The position numbers were made by a program, and so were the translations under genes. Shown here piece by piece: positions 25,214 to 32,896 of a stretch of DNA of 32,896 bases; position 1 is the first letter of the stretch; every line of letters begins with the position of its first letter. The notes beneath the pieces are model-generated. The model was not told where the DNA came from. It saw nothing but the letters and a program-made list of their open reading frames with translations, and made no database searches. The DNA is from a virus (Duplodnaviria; Caudoviricetes): positions 1-32,896 of the IMG/VR virus record IMGVR_UViG_3300011335_000705, one strand, 5' to 3'.

Positions 25214-26409
25214 CGCAGTGCCTCCATCGCCGGGAGCCAGTAATTGTTGAACACGAAGTCCGCGCCGTACTGGCTGGCGAAGTCCTGGGCGATCTGCGAC
25301 TGGCCGCGCCCACGGGCATAGGCCGCTTCCATCGCCTCGATGAGCGACGGCACCGACGGGGTGACCATCCACGCGGTCTGCATCGCATCCCACCACGGCT
25401 GCCCCTCCACGAGCCACCCGTCGCCGAGCAGCTCCGGTGACGCCGTCGTGTTCGTGCAGATGACTGGCGTGCCGCACGCCTGCGCCTCAACCTGCGGAAT
25501 GCCGAACCCCTCGCCCATCGACGGGATCAAGAGGCAGTCCATCGCCGTGTATATCGCTGCCAGGAGATCATTCCCGACCCCGCTGCGGAACACGTACTGG
25601 TCGACGAACCGCAGTTGGTCCGTCTTCAGGTCGCACGCCGCAGCCAGCTCTAAGAGGTTGATCCCCGACATCGCACCGCGATCCTCCGTGTGAATGTAGA
25701 GGACGGCGTCGGGGTGATGCTTCGCGAACATCGCGAACGCCAAAAACGTCTCCGGGAATGACTTGCGATTCGGGACCATGCCCTTGTTCGCGGACACCAT
25801 CCCGAACACGAACCTATCCTCGTCGATCCCCATGAACTCCCGGCCCGTCAACTCCTTGCCGCCCGCCGTGATGCTCTGGGTCGGCTTGAAGATCGGGTCG
25901 ATGCCGTGCGGCACGTAGATCGAGTCGATGCCGGCATTCGCAAGCATCGCCTCCCCGAACCGCGACATCGCCAACGGGGTCACGTTCTTCCGAGCGCACC
26001 ACTTCTCGACCTTCGGCGGAACCGGGGTGTGGTCGATCGGCACCCATGAGGCGATCTGCGGGATCGCATCCCACTGCGGCCCCCCGAACACGTAGACGTC
26101 ATAGAGGGTGACGAGGAGCGGGTCGAGATCCTCGTGCTCATGCGCCCACGCCTGGTAATGCGCCGGCACGACATCGTTCGAGTGGATATCGAACCCTCGC
26201 GGGTACTGCCGGATTCCATGCCAGTCGAGGGTCGTGCCCTCTAGGCCGTGATTCGATGCGATCGCGAGCCGATGCCCCGCCGCTTGCAGCCTCGTCGTCA
26301 CTTGCGCCGTCTGGCCGCCATACCCTGACCGTGCCCACGGGGAGTTCGAGTTCCACAGGATCGCCCGGCTCGCCGAGCGTGGTGCCTTCTTCTTCTTGCT
26401 CTGAGCCAT
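25210..26409 (-). CDS. glycosyltransferase family 4 (GT-B)
   Basis: SGYG, VPHGID, RKSFP, PSMGEGFGIPQVEAQACGTPVI (ExFG...EA signature). Confidence 0.9.
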   Translation of the reverse strand: MAQSKKKKAPRSASRAILWNSNSPWARSGYGGQTAQVTTRLQAAGHRLAIASNHGLEGTTLDWHGIRQYPRGFDIHSNDVVPAHYQAWAHEHEDLDPLLVTLYDVYVFGGPQWDAIPQIASWVPIDHTPVPPKVEKWCARKNVTPLAMSRFGEAMLANAGIDSIYVPHGIDPIFKPTQSITAGGKELTGREFMGIDEDRFVFGMVSANKGMVPNRKSFPETFLAFAMFAKHHPDAVLYIHTEDRGAMSGINLLELAAACDLKTDQLRFVDQYVFRSGVGNDLLAAIYTAMDCLLIPSMGEGFGIPQVEAQACGTPVICTNTTASPELLGDGWLVEGQPWWDAMQTAWMVTPSVPSLIEAMEAAYARGRGQSQIAQDFASQYGADFVFNNYWLPAMEALR

Positions 26410-26482
26410 CCGCAGGATGCCTTCCTGTTCGCAGGTGCCCGACGGCCGGCCCAGTACCTGCGGGAAAGGGCCGACCGTCGGG
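26410..26482 (-). promoter_or_regulatory. structured intergenic element between capsid and GT4 genes
   Basis: 15-bp stem 26438-26452 / 26468-26482; the loop CGCAGGT is complementary to a downstream ACCTGCG near the GT4 RBS. Confidence 0.55.
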
Positions 26483-26496
26483 GTCTAGAGGGTGAA

Positions 26497-27699
26497 TCAG
26501 GTTGCAGCGCCCACGAAGTGCTTCACGTGGGAGGTCTGCGGCAAATCGCCGTCGACCCGGAACGTGCAGCGGAAGGTAATGAGATCGCTGGAGAACGCGA
26601 AGTCATCGCTCCGATCGAGCCGGATGCCGCCAACGGTCCTAACGTAGTAGCTCGGGAAGTGACCGCAGATAACAGACTTCGCGGATGCACCGATCGCAGC
26701 CATCGCCGGATTCTCGATCAGTGGAACACCGAGAACACGATCCGGGGTCGACTCCGACATTGCCGGCTGGAAGACGAAGTTGCCCGCGCCATCCTTGAGG
26801 GTGCGCATCGCAGCGATCGAGGAACCCTTCGCCATGAACCCGACACCCGGCAGCGCACGCGCAGCCGGATCGAGGGAGTAGTACAGGCTGACGAGGTTCT
26901 CGTACGTGAATGCGCCAGTGACCGCGAGGCCGGTGCCACCGATGAGGGCGGAACCCGACGCCGTGACTATACCGTTGGGCTCCGTCGTGTCCGTTCCAGT
27001 CGTGAGCGCCGTTGATACGGCGCTTCCTAGGGCGATCCCGCAGTTCTGGGCCAGAAGGGCGAGGATATCGACCCCGCTGTCTTCGAGCAGCTCGCGCGAA
27101 ATCTGCGTGAGGAACCCGTACTTGAATGCCCCGAGGGTCACGAACGCACTGAATGCGGGATCGGACTCGCCGAGGGTCGCACCCTGCGCGTTGACAGTGC
27201 CCACGCTATAGGTGCTCAATCTTGGAATTTGGATCGACTCTCCCCCTGTGGTATTGAGAGTCGTCGCGACGGTCAGCATCGGGCCGACAGCCTTCGCCAG
27301 CATGATCACCTGGTCATAGAACGACGTAGGAACCGGTGCGCCCGTGCTCGACGTGAGCACATCGCGACGCTCCATGCCGAAGTCTGCGGAGCGGATCTCG
27401 CCACGAGCAAGCGATCGGATCGTCTCGACGTCGTTAGACGGCTTGACGACCTGGCCGACGGGGCGGATCTGATCCTCGTGGCCTTCCTGCGAAGCCCGAA
27501 CCTCAGCCTCGTGGGCCGACATGCGCTTCAGTTCCTCGATCATCGTGGAACGGCGGGAGAACTCCTCCGTGGTGCGATCGAACGCGATGCGCTCGTCCAC
27601 GGTCATTGCGCGATCCTCGGCGGCGCAGAGATCGACGATTGCCTTCGCGGCTTCGAGATCCTTCGCCCGTGCCTCGTACTGGGCCTTCAAGACGTCCAT
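26497..27699 (-). CDS. major capsid protein, HK97 fold with N-terminal delta domain
   Basis: Coiled-coil N-terminus, VPTSFYD, ISRELLEDS, LKDGAGNFVFQP, FRCTFRVDG; AGGAAGG SD. Confidence 0.95.
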   Translation of the reverse strand: MDVLKAQYEARAKDLEAAKAIVDLCAAEDRAMTVDERIAFDRTTEEFSRRSTMIEELKRMSAHEAEVRASQEGHEDQIRPVGQVVKPSNDVETIRSLARGEIRSADFGMERRDVLTSSTGAPVPTSFYDQVIMLAKAVGPMLTVATTLNTTGGESIQIPRLSTYSVGTVNAQGATLGESDPAFSAFVTLGAFKYGFLTQISRELLEDSGVDILALLAQNCGIALGSAVSTALTTGTDTTEPNGIVTASGSALIGGTGLAVTGAFTYENLVSLYYSLDPAARALPGVGFMAKGSSIAAMRTLKDGAGNFVFQPAMSESTPDRVLGVPLIENPAMAAIGASAKSVICGHFPSYYVRTVGGIRLDRSDDFAFSSDLITFRCTFRVDGDLPQTSHVKHFVGAAT

Positions 27700-27803
27700 T
27701 GTGTGCCTTCCTAGTCGAATGGGTTGCCGCAGGTGTTCACTAGTGCGGCTCCGCACTCAACCAGGACACGGCTCACGTGGCCCGGCAATAACCGGATGCT
27801 ACC

Positions 27804-29381
27804 TCACGCCTGCATCTCCATCAAGGCTAGGAGCTGCTTCGCGACGATCAGCGAATTGTCCGGCTTGACGTCCTTCGGTGCGAGCTGGTCGACGACCCCG
27901 CGAATGAGGTCCGCTTGCGCCGCGTCGAGTTGCTCCCCTGATTCGAGGGTGACGAGTGCGGCCGCGAGCGTCACCTCGTCGACTGCGACCCGTGCGGCTA
28001 GTTTCCGCACTGATGCCGTCGTCGCCGCGTAGGCCGGCTGGCCGGTGACGACCGACACCTCGTGCAGCCGGACCTCGGTGAGGGTGCGACGCGACCCGTC
28101 GGGTGACCAGGTGTCGCCGCCGCGAGGAACCGAGAACCCGAAACTCATGGAGTCGACGATCCGCTGCTCCAACAGGATGCTCATGTTCTTGCCGTCGGTC
28201 GTCATCGGAAGGTCCGCCTCCGCTAGGAGTCCCTTCGAGTCTTCCTGCAACCGCAGCGTTCCCGAGCGGGTCGACGCGAGGAGTTGGCTGTCGTTGTGGT
28301 TGACGTACATCCTGATGTTGTTGCGGCTCTTGAGCGTCCTAGAGAATGCGCCCGGCTTGATCTGCTCGATGAACGGCAGCGGCTCCGAATCCGAGTTGAA
28401 CACCGCCGCGTAGCCCTTGAACGTCATCTTGTCGCCGATCGCCCTGATCTCCATGTCGTCGACGAAGTGTGCCCGTGTCTCCATGACTGTTGTCGCCTTC
28501 CTCGTGGCCGGCGGAAGCTCGCCGACATTCACCGCCTTGATGCCGAGCGCCCGATACATCCGGCGCATCGACGCATTGTTGTCGATCGCGAGGACGACGT
28601 CGTACTCCTCCAGGAGCCGTTGTGCCGCTTCGCGCTTGAAGTTGAGGGTGTCGGCCGTCGACCCAGGATTCATGAGCAGTTCCTCATAATCGACGCCGGC
28701 CGCCGCGAGCGCACGCTCCGTCGACGCCCGATCGGACTCACTGCGGCCCGTCACGATGTAGACGTCCTCGGGTGACTCGTCGAGGAATGCGACCGTCTCA
28801 ACGATCGGACGATCCCCGTCGAGGATGGTCCCGTCGATGTCGCAGATGATGATCGGCTCCCCGCCGGCAATCCTGCTTTCAGCCATGCTTCCCTCTCGGA
28901 TCAATTTCGCCTGGTTGTCGAACCATGCACGCGCCGGACCCGGATCGAGCGGGTCGATGCCCCAAAGGTAATGAGCGACCGCGCCCGCACCCGGAAAGCC
29001 GGGGTCTTGTGGGTAGCGGTTCTGCGAAGCGTCAAGGTCGACGGCGTGCCGTGCCCCCCACGCCGACGCCCGAATCGCCTTGGAGTCGCTGACGGTCCCG
29101 TCGGCCATGAGCCGCGCCTCGCGGATCGTCTGATCCGTCAGCCCGTCACCGCCTAGCCCGGCCCGGTTGTACTCCAGCCCCTTGCGTGCAGCGCCCCGGA
29201 TGTAGCCAGGAGGAGTCGCGGCCCGCATCTCCCCGCCCGGCTCCATGTCCTCAGCCAGTGACAACGCGACCATCTGGTCGACCGCGGACTGCTTCGACTC
29301 GTGGCACGCGATGACCTCGCCGTCGGCCTTCACGACCGCCCACGAGGGACAGTCCGTCGCGTCGCTGATGAAGTACGGCAT
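27804..29381 (-). CDS. multi-domain HK97 prohead protease (two unknown modules + HAD phosphatase + peptidase S78)
   Basis: C-terminal GYAAVFNS...PGAF...NHN...GL...MSFGF...LHEVSVV..PAY; central DIDGT / TGR / K / AIDNN HAD motifs. Confidence 0.9.
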   Translation of the reverse strand: MPYFISDATDCPSWAVVKADGEVIACHESKQSAVDQMVALSLAEDMEPGGEMRAATPPGYIRGAARKGLEYNRAGLGGDGLTDQTIREARLMADGTVSDSKAIRASAWGARHAVDLDASQNRYPQDPGFPGAGAVAHYLWGIDPLDPGPARAWFDNQAKLIREGSMAESRIAGGEPIIICDIDGTILDGDRPIVETVAFLDESPEDVYIVTGRSESDRASTERALAAAGVDYEELLMNPGSTADTLNFKREAAQRLLEEYDVVLAIDNNASMRRMYRALGIKAVNVGELPPATRKATTVMETRAHFVDDMEIRAIGDKMTFKGYAAVFNSDSEPLPFIEQIKPGAFSRTLKSRNNIRMYVNHNDSQLLASTRSGTLRLQEDSKGLLAEADLPMTTDGKNMSILLEQRIVDSMSFGFSVPRGGDTWSPDGSRRTLTEVRLHEVSVVTGQPAYAATTASVRKLAARVAVDEVTLAAALVTLESGEQLDAAQADLIRGVVDQLAPKDVKPDNSLIVAKQLLALMEMQA

Positions 29382-29391
29382 CAGGTTCCCA

Positions 29392-30741
29392 TCACGGATA
29401 CACGCTCGCAGGATCAGCCGGATTAATCGACGCCACCGACTGCAACGACGTCACCGGAATCCCCGTGTGCATGATCGGAGGCATATCGAGGGCTTTCAAT
29501 GCCTCTGCTGGGTCGAACCCGGCCATGATCAACCTGGTCAGCATCTGGGTCTTGCGATCGGTCTCGACGATGTTCGCGGCCGCGAGGTTGACGTTCGCGA
29601 GCGGCACCCGGTACTCGTCGCCGCCCGTCGCCGGGGGCATGTCCTCCAGCCGGTGAATGTCGTTGACCGAGAGGAACCCTGACAGCTGCCCCGTCGAGTA
29701 CGCCGCGAACCTCGTCTGAATGTCGCCCCTGAGGATCGCGTCAAGGTTGAACTTGACGAACGCCGGTCCCGGCAGCAACGTCGACAGTGCTGTCTCGAAC
29801 TTCGAGATGATCGGACGGAGCGTGTACTGAGCGAACTGGATGGCGTTCTGCTCCACGCTCGCGTACGACATCGCGCCCGGTGTCGCGACCTGGAGTAGAT
29901 GCAGCGGGCATCGGAAGATCCGGGCGATTTCCTCCACGCTGAACTGCCGGCTCTCCAGCATCTGCGCCTCGTTCGGGTCGACACCCGTCTTCACGAACTT
30001 CGCCCCACCGAACAGCACGCCAGGACGATGAGCACGCCGTAGCCCCTTGTGGCCCTGCTCGAACCCGTCGGCGAGATCCTTCGCCTGCTCCTTCGTCAAG
30101 TTCCCCGGCCACTCGATGAGTCCCTGAGTCGTCGACCCCTGTCCGAAGAACCGCGCAGAGAACTCCTCAAGAGCCGACGCCAGCCCCAGCATCTGCTTCA
30201 CTTCCTCGATGCGGCTGACCCCCCGCAGCGCACCCGGCCGCCGCAGCTCCGTGATGTGCAGTACCTCGGCCGCAGTGAGGACCGCGCCGGCCGTACCGTC
30301 GATCGCATACTCGACCTCGCGGGTCGCCGGATTCCGGCGCACCTCCACCCGAGTCGGATCGAGGACCGTGAGACTCGTGACCTCACCCGATCGGCCCCGG
30401 AAGATCCTGATGAACACGCTCCCGTCGAGGAGCAAGGAGACCATCGCCTGCTGGAGAAAATCCTCCCGAGCCATCCCGATGTCGGGTGTCTCCACCCAGA
30501 TCGGCTTCGGCCGGAACACCAGCCGCGACCCGCCCTCACGGTAGAACGTGTCAACCGGAAGCGTTGAGATCGTGTCGGCGAGCAACCGGACGCACGCATA
30601 CACCGCGCCGATCTTCATGCTCGTGTCGTACGTGACGACGGTGCCCGCGTATGTCTCCTGAGCAAGATTCCCGCCACTGGCGAAGATCGTCTGGAACGAC
30701 ACGGCGCGTTCCTCACGCGGCCGAAGAAGGCTACCCAGCAT
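29392..30741 (-). CDS. portal protein, HK97 family
   Basis: AVYACVRLLADTISTLP, EVLHI, QMLESRQFSVEEIARIF, SVNDIHRLEDMPP..GGD. Confidence 0.95.
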   Translation of the reverse strand: MLGSLLRPREERAVSFQTIFASGGNLAQETYAGTVVTYDTSMKIGAVYACVRLLADTISTLPVDTFYREGGSRLVFRPKPIWVETPDIGMAREDFLQQAMVSLLLDGSVFIRIFRGRSGEVTSLTVLDPTRVEVRRNPATREVEYAIDGTAGAVLTAAEVLHITELRRPGALRGVSRIEEVKQMLGLASALEEFSARFFGQGSTTQGLIEWPGNLTKEQAKDLADGFEQGHKGLRRAHRPGVLFGGAKFVKTGVDPNEAQMLESRQFSVEEIARIFRCPLHLLQVATPGAMSYASVEQNAIQFAQYTLRPIISKFETALSTLLPGPAFVKFNLDAILRGDIQTRFAAYSTGQLSGFLSVNDIHRLEDMPPATGGDEYRVPLANVNLAAANIVETDRKTQMLTRLIMAGFDPAEALKALDMPPIMHTGIPVTSLQSVASINPADPASVYP

Positions 30742-30886
30742 CAATTCGCTCCAAAGTGACGCCGACGAGGACGCCCGTCAATCCCAGCGAAACGAAACCC
30801 GCCGGAATACTCCACACAAACACGCCCACATTCACGAGGAACAGGCCCGCGCCCTGCACGATCACGGCCATCCGTAGCCTCCTCAT
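30731..30886 (-). CDS. small two-TM membrane protein between terminase and portal
   Basis: Translated by hand: MRRLRMAVIVQGAGLFLVNVGVFVWSIPAGFVSLGLTGVLVGVTLERIDAG; alternative start 30871 after AGGAGG. Confidence 0.65.
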   Translation of the reverse strand: MRRLRMAVIVQGAGLFLVNVGVFVWSIPAGFVSLGLTGVLVGVTLERIDAG

Positions 30887-32400
30887 GTCGCCCAGTATCC
30901 GGGCGCTACCAATTCTTGCACAAGAATGGACCGCGACGTGGCCCGGTCGAACGCAATAACGGCAGCGACCGCCGCGTCGATACGCCTGGACGACTGCCTA
31001 TGCTCCTTCACGATGCGCGGCCCCAGGCGATCGGTCTTCACCGCGCAGTTCCCAATATGCCTCCGCAGGACCGGGTCGCCGTCATGCTGCATCGTGCCGC
31101 TCATGACCGCGTCATAAAACTTCGCACTCGCCGGAACCATTCGAGCGGGACTGCTCGACGCATACTCCGAGATCGGGACACCCGCGTCACCCAGCGCCTC
31201 CATCGACCGCGCCCAACGATACGGATCGCACGCCACCTCCAGCACGTCCAGCTCACCGCACGCCTGCATGATCCGCGACTCCACCTCCGTAATCGGGACA
31301 CGCCACTCATCAGGATCACCCGGCCCCTTCTCCCACACCTCGATGACCCACACATAAGGATTCTCCTCGACGGTGCAACCGATCAACGCCGTCGCATCCC
31401 CGGAGAACGAACCATCGAAGCCGAGGACCACCGGCACCGAACGATCCACGACACGCTTGACCTTGAGGTTCTCCCACGTCGCCGCCGGCAGCCAGGCATG
31501 GGAGGAGTTCACCCAGCAGTTCATCCGCTTGATCCGGTACTCGTTCTCAGGTGTCCGCTTCACCGCGCTCACGAAGTCCTCCGCGTCGCAGATGTCTCCA
31601 TAGCCGGGATTGGGGGCAAGCCACGACTCCGGGTCACGATGATCCGCCGTGTCAGAGCCTTTCCACCACGCCATGAAGAACGACGGGTCAATCACCTCGC
31701 CTGTCGCGACCTTCTGCCCGTACAGGAACTGGCGGTACGCCGTCGAATCCGACCCCGTCACATCGGTGCGGACCCCGGCCGTCGTCACCGCGATCGTGAT
31801 CGAATCCACCCGAGCCGCCTGCGCCAACGTCATCACGTTCCACAGTTCGTCATTCGGCGCGGAATGCAACTCGTCATAGATCACGCACGTCGGACTCAAT
31901 CCTTCCTTCGTGTACGCCTCCGACGAGAGCACCCGATAGACCGAGCCGGTCGACACGACCTCCACCGCATCCCGGTAGATCTTGCACATCGCCGACAGTT
32001 CCTTGCTCGCCTCGATCATCTTCTTCGCATCACCGAACACGATCCGCGCCTGGTCACGATCCGCCGCGCACGAATACACCTCGCCGCCATTCGACCCGAG
32101 CATCAGCGCATGAAGCGCAATACCAGACCCCAGTGCGCTCTTGCCGTTCTTCCTCGCCATGCCGATGATCGCCGTCCGGTGCTTCCGCCGGCCATCCGCA
32201 CGCCGAGCGAACACGTCACCGAGGAGCATCTTCTGCCACGGCCGGAGCAGAAGCGGACTGCCCGCCTTACCCCCGATCGAATCCTTCACCTGCACGCACA
32301 AAGACTCGATGAACTCCGCAACCTCGAACCCGTCACCCGCAGCCCGCTCCGCATCCGACACTCGTGTCAGGATCGCCGGCGGCCATCCCGCCACCGTCAC
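30883..32400 (-). CDS. terL: terminase large subunit
   Basis: LRPWQK, MARKNGKS, YDELH, TTAG, GFDGS, DPY, RIDAAVA. Confidence 0.95.
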   Translation of the reverse strand: MTVAGWPPAILTRVSDAERAAGDGFEVAEFIESLCVQVKDSIGGKAGSPLLLRPWQKMLLGDVFARRADGRRKHRTAIIGMARKNGKSALGSGIALHALMLGSNGGEVYSCAADRDQARIVFGDAKKMIEASKELSAMCKIYRDAVEVVSTGSVYRVLSSEAYTKEGLSPTCVIYDELHSAPNDELWNVMTLAQAARVDSITIAVTTAGVRTDVTGSDSTAYRQFLYGQKVATGEVIDPSFFMAWWKGSDTADHRDPESWLAPNPGYGDICDAEDFVSAVKRTPENEYRIKRMNCWVNSSHAWLPAATWENLKVKRVVDRSVPVVLGFDGSFSGDATALIGCTVEENPYVWVIEVWEKGPGDPDEWRVPITEVESRIMQACGELDVLEVACDPYRWARSMEALGDAGVPISEYASSSPARMVPASAKFYDAVMSGTMQHDGDPVLRRHIGNCAVKTDRLGPRIVKEHRQSSRRIDAAVAAVIAFDRATSRSILVQELVAPGYWAT

Positions 32401-32846
32401 GACACCGGCCCCGACCGACGCTCACGCTTCAACCGCAACTCGTCCAGGACAGAACCCGGCCGCACCTCACCCACGCCCATCTTGCTCCGATCGACCGGCG
32501 AGAACCCCAGCATCGAATACATCACCCGGATCTCCGCCTCCAGATTCCGCAGCCCCACCCGGTCACGCCAGTCGCTGCCGTCGAACACCTGCTTCCGCAG
32601 AACCGCCCGCTCATCGACGCACTCGCACAACAGCTGCACCCAATCGATGTCAGTCCGGCCCGAAATCCACGACGCACCCGACGACCAGAGCCGATCCCAC
32701 GTAGCGCGACCCGCCGGACCCAACTCAGCGAGCGGATCCGGGATCCCAGACACCTGCTCAGCGACGAAAACCTGCTTCGGCAACTTCTCCTTCGACGGAT
32801 TCCCCAGCTTGCGTTTCCGCTCGACCGGCACCGCGACCCTAGGCAT
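32397..32846 (-). CDS. terS: terminase small subunit (P27-like)
   Basis: RKLGNPSKEKLP...LGFSPVDRSKM; GTGA overlap with terL. Confidence 0.85.
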   Translation of the reverse strand: MPRVAVPVERKRKLGNPSKEKLPKQVFVAEQVSGIPDPLAELGPAGRATWDRLWSSGASWISGRTDIDWVQLLCECVDERAVLRKQVFDGSDWRDRVGLRNLEAEIRVMYSMLGFSPVDRSKMGVGEVRPGSVLDELRLKRERRSGPVS

Positions 32847-32896
32847 TTTGACCGCCGAACCTGCAAATGAGTAAAAACCGGCGATATGCAAGAAAT

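Noticed and set aside
30916-32874. 652-aa plus-strand ORF
   Set aside because: Antisense shadow of terL and terS; Arg/His/Pro-rich with no motifs, typical of high-GC codon bias.

Overview
The window looks like an essentially complete ~33 kb high-GC siphovirus genome infecting an Actinomycetota host (WhiB gene, r1t-type holin, no lysin B), written in reverse and opened at or near the cos site between an HNH gene and terS. Along the minus strand from the right end: terS, terL, HK97 portal, a four-module prohead protease, HK97 major capsid, three glycosyltransferase-like genes, neck and tail genes (including a -1 frameshifted tail chaperone), tape measure, tail tip and fibre, and lysis genes. 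A small plus-strand early island at about 12.6-15.5 kb has two near-identical sigma-A-like promoters, duplicated tRNA T-arm-like elements, a lytic transglycosylase and a P-loop kinase. A long minus-strand operon then carries HTH genes, a tandem array of Cys/His-rich paralogues, a resolvase, an SNF2 helicase with a DNA methylase, a Cas4-like exonuclease, an SSB-like protein and a primase-helicase flanked by palindromic arrays. I recognised no integrase, DNA polymerase or complete tRNA. The most striking observations are: (1) the prohead protease is a polyprotein carrying a T4-PNK-like HAD phosphatase and other modules separated by E-x-R motifs, while a matching PNK-like kinase is encoded separately; (2) a GT4 + GT2 + Maf-like cassette sits directly behind the capsid gene; (3) a shuffled MTEHLPEC...CICDxLRAC paralogue array includes one member with an in-frame TGA; (4) tRNA-minihelix-like repeats separate early genes. 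All product calls come from motif recognition by eye, with no database searches.
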